A stretch of 64,000 nt of DNA. Source: the human T2T-CHM13v2.0 reference genome, Homo sapiens. The notes under the pieces were generated by a model, which saw nothing but the letters and a program-made list of their open reading frames with translations, made no database searches and was not told the DNA's origin. Numbering within the stretch: position 1 is the first letter of the stretch; each line of letters opens with the position of its first letter. Positions 15,901-29,900 of the stretch are shown here, piece after piece. A program made the translations under genes and the position numbers. The stretch lies in NCBI RefSeq assembly GCF_009914755.1, contig NC_060926.1; one strand, written 5' to 3'.

Positions 15901-18900
15901 ATGGTATCATCAAATGCACTTGAATGGAATCATCAATGAATGCAATCGAATGGTATAATCGAATGGAATCAAATGGAATCATCTTCGAGTGGAACAGAAA
16001 GGAATCGCCAAATGGACTCCAATGGAATAATCATCGTATGGAATCGAGTGGAATCATCGAATGTACTCGAATGGAATCATCGAATGTACTCGAATGGAAT
16101 CATCGAATGGAATCGAATGGAATCATGGTCGAACGGAAAAGAATGGAATCATCAAGTGGACACGAATGGAATCAACATCTAATGGAATGGAATGGAATCA
16201 TCAAATGGAATGGAATGGAATCATCATCGAATGGAATAAAATGGAATCATCAAATGGAATCAAATGGAATCATCAATGAATGGAATCGAATGGTATCATG
16301 GAATGGAATTGAATGGAATCGTCTTTGAGTGGAATCTAAAGGAATCACCGAATGGACTCCAATCATCAGATGGAATCGAGTGGAATCATCGAATGTAGTC
16401 GAATGCAATCATCATCGAATGGAATTGAATGGAATCAACGAATGGAATATAAAGGAATCATAGAATGGACTCGAATGGAATCATCATTGAATGGAATGAA
16501 ATGGAATCATCATGGAATGGAATTGAATGGAATCATCGAATGGACTCGAAAGGGATTATGCTCGAATGGAATCTAATGGAATCATCAAATGGACTCAAAT
16601 GGTATCATCATCGAATGAAATCGTATGGAATCATCGAATGCAACTGAATGGAATCATTGAATGGACTTGAAAGGAATTATTATGGAATGGAATTGAATGG
16701 AATCATTGAATGGACTTGAAAGGAATCATCATCAAGTGGAATCGAATGGAATCGTTGAATGGACTCGAATTGAATCTTTGAATGGAATCGAATGGAATCA
16801 TCATTGAATGGAGTCAAATGGAATCATCATCAAATGGAATTGAATGGAATCTTCATTGAATGGACTCGAATGGAATCATCATCAAATGGAATCTAATCGA
16901 ATCATCAGTGAAGGGAATCGAATGGAATCATCATCGAATGGAATCGAATGGAATCATCAACAAGTGGAAACGAATGAAATCATCGAATGGAATCGAATGG
17001 TGTCATCGAATGGACACGAAAGGAATCATCGAATGGAATCAAATGGAATCACCATCGAATGGAATCAAATGGAATCACCATCGAATGGAATGTTATGAAA
17101 TCATCTCATGGACTCGAAGGGAATCATCATCGAATGGAATCGAATGGAATCATTGAATGAAATGGAAAGGAATCACCATCGAATGGAATGTTATGGAATC
17201 TTCTAATGGACTCGAAGGGAATCATCATCGAATGGAATCGAATGGAATCATTGAATGCAATTGAATGGAATCATCATCAAATGGAATCGAATGGAATCAT
17301 CGAATGGAATCTGAATGGAATCATCAATGAATGGAATCAAATGGAATCATCTAATGGACGTGAATGGAATCATCGTCGAAAGCAATGAAATGTAATTCAA
17401 TCGAATGGACATGAATGGAATCATCATTGAATGGAATCAAATGGAATCATCAAATGGAATAGAATGGAGTCATCGTCGAATGTAATCGAATGTAATCATC
17501 GAATGGCATCGAATGGAATCATCGACTGGAAAAGAATGGAATCATCATCGAATGGAAATGAATAGAATCACAGAATGAAATCGAATGGAATCATCATCGA
17601 ATGGAGTCTAATGGAATAATCATCGAATGGAATAGAATGGAATCATCGAGTGGACACGAATGGAATCATCATTGAATGGAATCGAATAGAATCATCAAAT
17701 GGACTTGAATGGAAACATCATCGAATCTAATTGAATTTAGTCATTGAATGGCATTGAGTGGAATCATCATTGAATGGAATCTAAGGAAATCATCGAATGG
17801 ACTGGAGTGGAATCATCGAATGGACTCGAGGGGAATCATCATCGAATGGATTCGACTGTAATCATCGATTGGACTCGAATGGAATCATCATTGAATGGAA
17901 TCGAATGGAATCAATGAATGGACTCGAATAGAATCATCATCGAATGGAATCGAATGGAATCAAAGAATGGACTCTAATGGAGTCATCATCAAATGGAATC
18001 TAATGGAATCATCTAATGGACCTGAAAGGAATCATCATTGAATGGAATCGAATGGAATCATCGAATGGACTCGAATGGAATCATCATCGAAGGGAATCTA
18101 ATGGAATCATTGAATGGACTCGAATGGAATAATCGAATGGGCTTGAGTGGAATCATCATCAAATGGAATCGAATGCTATCATCAAATGGACTCCAATGGA
18201 ATCATCGTCAAATCGAATCGAATGGAATCATCATCAAAGGGAATCGAATGGAATCCTCATCGAATGGAATCGAACGGAATCATCATCGAATGGAATCACC
18301 AAATTGAATAGAATGGAATGATCGTCAAAGACAATCGAAGGGAAACATCGAATGGGATTGAACGGAGTCATCGAATGGAATCGATAGGAATCATCGAATG
18401 GATTGAAATGGAATCATCAACGAATGGAAACGAACGGAACATCGAATGGACACGAATGGAATCATCATCAAATAGGATTGAATGGAATCATCAAATGGCA
18501 TCGAATGGAATCACCATTGAATGGAATCGAATGGAATCATCGAATGGCATCGAATGGAATCATCATCGAATAAAATCAAATGGAATAATCGAATGTACTC
18601 GAATGGAATCATCAAATGGATTTGAGAGGAATCATCATCGAATGGAATTGAACAGAATCATCAAATGGACTCGAATGGAATCCTCATTGAATGGAATCGA
18701 ATGGAATCATTCAATGGAGTCGAATGGAATAATCAGCAAATGGAATCGAATGGAATCATTGAATATCAACGAATGGAATCATCATCGAATGGAGTCGAAT
18801 GGAATCATCAAACGAACTCGAATGCAATCATCATAGAATGGAATCGAATGGAATCTTTGAATGGACCTGAATGGAATCATCATCGAATGCAAACGAATGG

Positions 18901-19473
18901 AATCATCATCAAATGGAATCACATGGAATCATCAAATGGAAAAGAATTGAATAATCATAGAAAGGAATTGAATAGAATCATCGAATGAAACCGAATGGAA
19001 TCATCATCGAATGGAATCGAATGGAATCATCAACAAGTGGAAACGAATGAAATCATCGAATGGAATCAAATGGTGTCATCGAATGGACACGAAAGGAATC
19101 ATCGAATGGAATCAAATGGAATCACCATCGAATGCAATCAAATGGAATCACCATCGAATGGAATGTTATGAAATCATCTCATGGACTCGAAGGGAATCAT
19201 CATCGAATGGAATCGAATGTAATCATTGAATGAAATGGAAAGGAATCACCATCGAATGGAATGTTATGGAATCTTCTAATATACTCGAAGGGAATCATCA
19301 TCGAATGGAATCGAATGGAATCACCAACGAATGGAATTCAAAGGAATCATCATCGAATGGAACCAAATAGAATCATCAAATGGACTCGAAAGGAATCATC
19401 GAATGGACTCGAATGGAGTTGTCATCGAATGGAATCAAATGGAATCATCGAACAGAATTGAATCGAATCCTCA
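12923..19473 (+). repeat. Higher-order unit 3 (6551 bp; copy of unit 2 up to ~18,085, then a B-like tail and a misplaced segment)
   Basis: Marker at 12923, next at 19474. ACGCGT at 14622. Extra copy of the CAACAAGTGGAAACG...TGTTATG block at ~19,020-19,310. Confidence 0.88.
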
Positions 19474-22400
19474 TTGAATGAAATCAAATGGAATCATCGA
19501 ATGGACTCGAATGGAAGCAATATCAAATGGAATCGAAAGGAATCATGGAATGCATTCAAAGGGAATAATCAAATGGACTCAAATGGAATCAACATCAAGT
19601 GGAATCGAAAGGAATCATCGAATTCACAGGAATGGAATCATCATCGAATGGAATCGAATGGGATCATCGAAAGGACTCGAATCAAATCTTCAAAAGTACT
19701 CAAAGGGAATCATTGTAGAATGGAAATGAATAGATTCATCAGACAGCCTCGAATGGAAACATCATTGAATGGAATTGATTGGAAACATCGAATTCACTCG
19801 AATGGAATCATCATCTGATGGAATTCAAGGGAATCATCGAATGGACACAAATGGAATCATCATCAAATGGAATCCATTGGAACGATCGAATGGAATCGCA
19901 TGGAATTATCAAATGGAATCGAATGGAATCATCTTTGAATGGAATCAAATGGAATCATCGAATGGAATCGAATGCAATCATCATTGAATGGAATCGAATG
20001 GAATCATCGAATGGTATCCAAAGGAATCACCATTGAATGCCCTCGCATGGAATCATCATCATATAGAGTAGAAAGGAATCATTGAATGGACTCGAATGGA
20101 ACCATCATTGAATGGAAACACCAAATGGAATCAAATGGAATCATCATCAAATGAAATCAAACGGAATCATCAAATGGAATCGAATGGAATCATCATTGAA
20201 TGGACTCGAATAGAATCTTTCAATGAAATTGAATGGAATCAGCATGAAATGGAATCTAAAGGTATCATAGAATGGTATCGAATGGAATCATCATCGAATG
20301 GAATGGAATGGAACGGAATGGAATCAGCATCGAATGGAATCAAAAGAAATCATTCAATGGACTCTAATAGAATCAGCGAATAGACTTGAATGTAATCATC
20401 ATCGAATGGAGAAGAATGGAATCATCCAATGGACACGAATGGAATCATCCTCGAATGCAATCGAATGGAATCATATAATGGACCCGAATGGAATCATCAT
20501 TGAATGGAATAGAATGGAATCGTCATCGAATTGAATCGTATGGAATCATCTAATGAACCCGAATGGAATCATCGTCGAAATGAATAGAATGCAATCATCA
20601 TCAAATGGAATCGAATGGAATCATCATCAAATAGAATCGAATGGAATCATCAAATGGAATCGAATGGAGTCATTGTCTAATGCAATCGAATGAAATCATA
20701 GAATGGAATCCCATGGAATCAACATCGAATGGAATCGATTGGAATCATTATCAAATAGAATTGAATGGAATCACTGAATGGAATCATCATCAAATGGACT
20801 CCAACGGAATCATCGAATTGACTCTAATGGAATCATCACTGAATGGAATAGAATGGAATAATCAAATGGAAACGAATGGAATCATCATCGAATGGAATCG
20901 AATGGTATCATCAAATGCACTTGAATGGAATCATCAATGAATGGAATCGAATGGTATAATCGAATGGAATCAAATGGAATCATCTTCGAGTGGAACCTAA
21001 AGGAATCGCCAAATGGACTCCAATGGAATAATCATCGTATGGAATCGAGTGGAATCATCGAATGTACTCGAATGGAATCATCGAATGTACTCGAATGGAA
21101 TCATCGAATGGAATCGAATGGAATCATGGTCGAACGGAAAAGAATGGAATCATCAAGTGGACACGAATGGAATCAACATCTAATGGAATGGAATGGAATC
21201 ATCAAATGGAATGGAATGGAATCATCATCGAATGGAATAAAATGGAATCATCAAATGGAATCAAATGGAATCATCAATGAATGGAATCGAATGGTATCAT
21301 GGAATGGAATTGAATGGAATCGTCTTTGAGTGGAATCTAAAGGAATCACCGAATGGACTCCAATCATCAGATGGAATCGAGTGGAATCATCGAATGTAGT
21401 CGAATGCAATCATCATCGAATGGAATTGAATGGAATCAACGAATGGAATACAAAGGAATCATAGAATGGACTCGAATGGAATCATCATTGAATGGAATGA
21501 AATGGAATCATCATGGAATGGAATTGAATGGAATCATCGAATGGACTCGAAAGGAATTATGCTCGAATGGAGTCTAATGGAATCATCAAATGGACTCAAA
21601 TGGAATCATCATCGAATGAAATCGTATGGAATCATCGAATGCAACTGAATGGAATCATTGAATGGACTTGAAAGGAATTATTACGGAATGGAATTGAATG
21701 GAATCATTGAATGGACTTGAAAGGAATCATCATCAAGTAGAATCGAATGGAATCGTTGAATGGACTCGAATTGAATCTTTGAATGGAATCGAATGGAATC
21801 ATCATTGAATGGAGTCAAATGGAATCATCATCAAATGGAATTGAATGGAATCTTCATTGAATGGACTCGAATGGAATCATCATCAAATGGAATCTAATCG
21901 AATCATCAGTGAAGGGAATCGAATGGAATCATCATCGAATGGAATCGAATGGAATCATCAACAAGTGGAAACGAATGAAATCATCGAATGGAATCCAATG
22001 GTGTCATCGAATGGACACGAAAGGAATCATCGAATGGAATCAAATGGAATCACCATCAAATGGAATCGAATGGAATCACCATCGAATGGAATGTTATGAA
22101 ATCATCTCATGGACTCGAAGGGAATCATCATCGAATGGAATCGAATGGAATCATTGAATGAAATGGAAAGGAATCACCATCGAATGGAATGTTATGGAAT
22201 CTTCTAATGGACTCGAAGGGAATCATCATCGAATGGAATCGAATGGAATCATTGAATGCAATTGAATGGAATCATCATCAAATGGAATCGAATGGAATCA
22301 TCGAATGGAATCTGAATGGAATCATGAATGAATGGAATCAAATGGAATCATCTAATGGACGTGAAAGGAATCATCATCGAAAGCAATGAAATGTAATTCA

Positions 22401-23920
22401 ATCGAATGGACATGAATGGAATCATCATTGAATGGAATCAAATGGAATCCTCATCGAATGGAATCGAATGGAATCATCAAATGGAATAGAATGGAGTCAT
22501 CGTCGAATGTAATCGAATGTAATCATCGAATGGCATCGAATGGAATCATCGACTGGAAAAGAATGGAATCATCATCGAATGGAAATGAATAGAATCACAG
22601 AATGAAATCGAATAGAATCATCATCGAATGGAGTCTAATGGAATAATCATCGAATGGAATAGAATGGAATCATCGAGTGGACACGAATGGAATCATCATT
22701 GAATGGAATCGAATAGAATCATCAAATGGACTTGAATGGAAACAACATCGAATGGAATCGAATTTAGTCATTGAATTGCAATGAGTGGAATCATAATTGA
22801 ATGGAATCTAAGGAAATCATCGAATGGACTGGAGTGGAATCATCGAATGGACTCGAGGGGAATCATCATCAAATGGAATCGAATGTAATCATCGATTGGA
22901 CTCGAATGGAATCATCATTGAATGGAATCGAATAGAATCATCAAATGGACTTGAATGGAAACAACATCGAATGGAATCGAATTTAGTCATTGAATGGCAT
23001 TGAGTGGAATCATCATTGAATGGAATCTAAGGAAATCATCGAATGGACTTGAGTGGAATCATCGAATGGACTGGAGTGGAATCATCGAATGGACTCGAGG
23101 GGAATCATCATTGAATGGAATCTAGTGGAATCATTGAAAGGCCTCGAATGGAATAATCGAATGGGCTTGAGTGGAATCATCATCAAATGGAATCAAATGG
23201 AATCATCAAATGGACTTGAATGGAAACAACATCGAATGGAATCGAATTTAGTCATTGAATTGCACTGAGTGGAATCATCATTGAATGGAATCTAAGGAAA
23301 TCATCGAATGGACTCGAGTGGAATCATCGAATGGACTCGAGGGGAATCATCATCGAATGGAATCGACTGTAATCATCGATTGGACTCGAATGGAATCATC
23401 ATTGAATGGAATCGAATGGAATCAACGAATGGAGTCGAATAGAATCATCATCGAATGGAATCGAATGGAATCAAAGAATGGACTCGAATGGAATCATCAA
23501 CGAATGGAATCTAATGGAATCATCTAATGGACCTGAAAGGAATCATCATTGAATGGAATCGAATGGAATCATCGAATGGACTCGAATGGAATCATCATCA
23601 AATGGAATCACATGGAATCATCAAATGGAAAAGAATTGAATACTCATAGAAAGGAATTGAACAGAATCATCGAATGAAACCGAATGGAATCATCATCGAA
23701 TGGAATCGAATGGAATCATCATTGAATGCAATTGAATGGAATCATCATCAAATGGAATCGAATGGAATCATCATCGAATGGAATCGAATGGAATCATCAA
23801 CGAATGGAACCAAATAGAATCATCAAATGGACTCGAAAGGAATCATCGAATGGACTCGAATGGAGTTGTCATCGAATGGAATCAAATGGAATCATCGAAC
23901 GGAATTGAATCGAATCATCA
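19474..23920 (+). repeat. Higher-order unit 4 (4447 bp; doubly deleted A/B hybrid)
   Basis: Marker at 19474, next at 23921. Lacks the ACGCGT-containing ~1.64 kb and the GACAATCGAAGGG-containing 823 bp. Has three GAATTTAGTC copies. Confidence 0.87.
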
Positions 23921-26900
23921 TTGAATGAAATCAAATGGAATCATCGAATGGACTCGAATGGAAGCAATATCAAATGGAAACGAAAGGAATCATGGAATGC
24001 ATTCAAAGGGAATAATCAAATGGACTCAAATGGAATCAACATCAAGTGGAATCGAAAGGAATCATCGAATGGACCGGAATGGAATCATCATCGAATGGAA
24101 TCGAATGGAATCATCGAATGGACTTGAATGGAATCACTATCTAATGGAACCGAATGGAATCATCATGGAATGGAACCGGAAGGAGTCATCATCAAATGGA
24201 ATCCAAGGAAATCATTGAATGGACTCGAATGGAATCATCATCAACTGGAATTGAATGGAATCATCGAACGGACTCCAGTGGAATCATCGGAGAATGGAAT
24301 CAAATGGAATTATCAAACGGACTCGAATGGAATAAACTTTGAATGCAATCGAAGGGAATCATCAAATGGAATTGAATGCAATCATCGAATGGAATCGAAT
24401 GCCATCACCGAATGGAATCCAATGGAATCACCATTGAATGGACTCGAATGGAATTATCATTGAATGGAATCGAATGGAATCATCGAATGGACTCGAATGG
24501 AATCATCATCGATTGGAATCAAATGGAATCATCGAATGGAATCGAAAGGAATCATCATCAACTGTAATGAACTGGAATCACTGAATGGAATCGAATGGAA
24601 TCGTCATCAAAAATAATCGAATGGAATAATCAAATGGAATCAAATGCAATCAACATCAAATGGAATCGAATGGAATCCTAGAATGACATCGAATGGAATC
24701 CTCATCGAATGGAATCAAAGGGAATCAATATCGAATGGAATCGAAAGCAATCACTGAATGGACTTGAATACAATCATCAAATGGATTTGAAGGGAATCCT
24801 CATTGAATGGAATAGAACAAAAACATTGAATGGACACGAATGGAATCATCATCGAATGGAATCAAATGGAGTCATCAAATGGACTCGAATGGAATCATCA
24901 TCAAATAGGATCATCAATAAAATGGAATCGAATGGAGTCATCGAATGGACACAAATGAATGAACAAATGGACTCTAATGGAAACATCAAATAGAATCGAA
25001 TGGAATCATCGAAAGGAATTGAATGGAATGAATGAATGGACACGAATGGAATCATCTAATGGACACGAATGGAATAATCATAAAATGGAATCGAATGTAA
25101 TCATCAAATGGACTCGAATGAATGGAATCATTGAATGGACTCGAATGGAATCATCGAATGGACTCAAATGGAATCATCATCAAATGGAATCGAATGGAAT
25201 CATCGAATGGACTCGAATGGAATCCTCAAATCGAATCTAACGGAATCGTCATCGAATGGAATCGAATGGAATCATCGAATGGAATTGAAGGCAATCATCA
25301 TCGAATGGAATCGAATGGAATCATCATCAAATGCAATCAAGCGGAAGGAATCATCAAATGGAATCAAATGGAATCATTGTTGAATGGAATGGAATGGAAT
25401 GGAATCATTGAATGGAATTGAATGGGATCACCAATGAACGGAATCAAATGGAATCATCTTCTAATGGAATCGGAAGGAATCATCAAATACACTCGAATGG
25501 AATCATCATCGAATGGAATCGTGTGGAATCGTCGAATGAACTGGAAATGAATCATAATCAAATGCAATTAAAATGAATCATCATCGAAAGGAATCACATG
25601 GAATCATCATCGAATGGAATCATACGGAAACATCACAGAATGGAATTGAATGGAATCATCAGTTGGACTCGAATGGACTCATCAAATGTCCTCGAAGGGA
25701 CGCGTCAAATGGACTCGAACGGAATCATCATCGAATGGAATCGAATGGGATCATCGAAAGGACTCGAATCAAATCTTCAAAAGGACTCAAAGGGAATCAT
25801 TGTAGAATGGAAATGAATAGAGTCATCAGACAGCCTCGAATGGAAACATCATTGAATGGAATTGATTGGAAACATCGAATTCACTCGAATGGAATCATCA
25901 TCTGATGGAATTGAATGGAATCATCGAATGGACACAAATGGAATCATCATCAAATGGAATCCATTGGAACGATCGAATGGAATCGCATGGAATTATCAAA
26001 TGGAATCGAATGCAATCATCATTGAATGGAATCGAATGGAATCATCGAATGGTATACAAAGGAATCACCATTGAATGCCCTCGCATGGAATCATCATCAT
26101 ATAGAGTAGAAAGGAATCATTGAATGGACTCGAATGGAACCATCATTGAATGGAATCACCAAATGGAATCAAACGGAATCATCATCAAATGAAATCAAAC
26201 GGAATCATCAAATGGAATCGAATGGAATCATCATTGAATGGATTCGAATAGAATCTTTGAATGAAATTGAATGGAATCAGCATGAAATGGAATTTAAAGG
26301 AATCATAGAATGGTATCGAATGGAATCATCATCGAATGGAATGGAATGGAATGGAATGGAATCAGCATAGAATGGAATCAAAAGCAATCATTCAATGGAA
26401 TCTAATAGAATCATCGAATAGACTTGAATGTAATCATCATCGAATGGAGAAGAATGGAATCATCCAATGGACAGAAATGGAATCATCCTCGAATGGAATC
26501 GAATGGAATCATATAATGGACCCGAATGGAATCATCATTGAATGGAATAGAATGGAATCGTCATCGAATGGAATCGTATGGATCATCTAATGGACCCGAA
26601 TGGAATCATCATCGAATTGAATAGAATGCAATCATCATCAAATGGAATCGAATGGAATCATCATCAAATAGAATCGAATGGAATCATCAAATGGAATCGA
26701 ATGGAGTCATTGTCTAATGCAATCGAATGAAATCATAGTATGGAATCCCATGAAATCAACATCGAATGGAATCGATTGGAATCATTATCAAATAGAATTG
26801 AATGGAATCACTGAATGGAATCATCATCAAATGGACTCCAACGGAATCATCGAATTGACTCTAATGGAATCATCACTGAATGGAACAGAACGGAATAATC

Positions 26901-29900
26901 AAATGGAAACGAATGGAATCATCATCGAATGGAATCGAATGGTATCATCAAATGCACTTGAATGGAATCATCAATGAATGCAATCGAATGGTAAAATCGA
27001 ATGGAATCAAATGGAATCATCTTCGAGTGGAACCTAAAGGAATCGCCAAATGGACTCCAATGGAATAATCATCATATGGAATCGAGTGGAATCATCGAAT
27101 GTACTCGAATGGAATCATCGAATGTACTCGAATGGAATCATCGAATGGAATCGAATGGAATCATGGTCGAACGGAAAAGAATGGAATCATCAAGTGGACA
27201 CGAATGGAATCAACATCTAATGGAATGGAATGGAATCATCAAATGGAATGGAATGGAATCATCATCGAATGGAATAAAATGGAATCATCAAATGGAATCA
27301 AATGGAATCATCAATGAATGGAATCGAATGGTATCATGGAATGGAATTGAATGGAAACGTCTTTGAGTGGAATCTAAAGGAATCACCGAATGGACTCCAA
27401 TCATCAGATGGAATCGAGTGGAATCATCGAATGTAGTCGAATGCAATCATCATCGAATGGAATTGAATGGAATCAACGAATGGAATACAAAGGAATCATA
27501 GAATGGACTCGAATGGAATCATCATTGAATGGAATGAAATGGAATCATCATGGAATGGAATTGAATGGAATCATGGAATGGACTGAAATGGAATCATCAT
27601 CGAATGAAATCGTATGGAATCATCGAATGCAACTGAATGGAATCATTGAATGGACTTGAAAGGAATTATTATGGAATGGAATTGAATGGAATCATTGAAT
27701 GGACTTGAAAGGAATCATCATCAAGTGGAATCGAATGGAATCGTTGAATGGACTCGAATTGAATCTTTGAATGGAATCGAATGGAATCATCATTGAATGG
27801 AGTCAAATGGAATCATCATCAAATGGAATTGAATGGAATCTTCATTGAATGGACTCGAATGGAATCATCATCAAATGGAATCTAATCGAATCATCAATGA
27901 AGGGAATCGAATGGAATCATCATCGAATGGAATCGAATGGAATCATCAACAAGTGGAAACGAATGAAATCATCGAATGGAATCCAATGGTGTCATCGAAT
28001 GGACACGAAAGGAATCATCGAATGGAATCAAATGGAATCACCATCGAATGAAATCAAATGGAATCACCATCGAATGGAATCTTATGAAATCATCTCATGG
28101 ACTCGAAGGGAATCATCATCGAATGGAATCGAATGGAATCATTGAATGAAATGGAAAGGAATCACCATCGAATGGAATGTTATGGAATCTTCTAATGGAC
28201 TCGAAGGGAATCATCATCGAATGGAATCGAATGGAATCATTGAATGCAATTGAATGGAATCATCATCAAATGGAATCGAATGGAATCATCGAATGGAATC
28301 TGAATGGAATCATCAATGAATGGAATCAAATGGAATCATCTAATGGACGTGAATGGAATCATCATCGAAAGCAATGAAATGTAATTCAATCGAATGGACA
28401 TGAATGGAATCATCATTGAATGGAATCAAATGGAATCCTCATCGAATGGAATCGAATGGAATCATCAAATGGAATAGAATGGAGTCATCGTCGAATGTAA
28501 TCGAATGTAATCATCGAATGTCATCGAATGGAATCATCAACTGGAAAAGAATGGAATCATCATCGAATGGAAATGAATACAATCACAGAATGAAATCGAA
28601 TGGAATCATCATCGAATGGAGTCTAATGGAATAATCATCGAATGGAATAGAATGGAATCATCGAGTGGACACGAATGGAATCATCATTGAATGCAATCGA
28701 ATAAAATCATCAAATGGACTTGAATGGAAACAACATCGAATGGAATCGAATTTAGTCATTGAATGGCATTGAGTGGAATCATCATTGAATGGAATCTAAG
28801 GAAATCATCGAATGGACTTGAGTGGAATCATCGAATGGACTGGAGTGGAATCATCGAATGGACTCGAGGGGAATCATCATTGAATGGAATCTAGTGGAAT
28901 CATTGAATGGACTCGAATGGAATAATCGAATGGGCTTGAGTGGAATCATCATCAAATGGAATCAAATGGAATCATCAAATGGACTTGAATGGAAACAATA
29001 TCGAATGGAATCGAATTTAGTCATTGAATTGCACTGAGTGGAATCATCATTGAATGGAATCTAAGGAAATCATCGAATGGACTCGAGTGGAATCATCGAA
29101 TGGACTCGAGGGGAATCATCATCGAATGGAATGGACTGTAATCATCGATTGGACTCGAATGGAATCATCATTGAATGGAATCGAATGGAATCAACGAATG
29201 GACTCGAATAGAATCATCATCGAATGGAATCGAATGGAATCAAAGAATGGACTCTAATGGAGTCATCATCAAATGGAATCTAATGGAATCATCTAATGGA
29301 CCTGAAAGGAATCATCATTGAATGGAATCGAATGGAATCATCGAATGGACTCGAATGGAATCATCATCGAATGGAATCTAATGGAATCATTGAATGGACT
29401 CGAATGGAATAATCGAATGGGCTTGAGTGGAATCATCATCAAATGGAATCGAATGCAATCATCAAATGGACTCGAATGGAATCATCGTCAAATGGAATCG
29501 AATGGAATCATCATCAAAGGGAATCGAATGGAATCCTCATCGAATGGAATCGAACGGAATCATCATCGAATGGAATCACCAAATTGAATCGAATGGAATG
29601 ATCGTCAAAGACAATCGAAGGGAAACATCGAATGGGATTGAACGGAGTCATCGAATGGAATCGATAGGAATCATCGAATGGATTCAAATGCAATCATCAT
29701 CAAATGGAAACGAACGGAATCATCGAATGGACACGAATGGAATCATCATCAAATAGAATTGAATGGAATCATCAAATGGCATCGAATGGAATCACCATTG
29801 AATGGAATCGAATGGAATCATCGAATGGCATCGAATGGAATCATCATCGAATAAAATCAAATGGAATAATCGAATGTACTCGAATGGAATCATCAAATGG

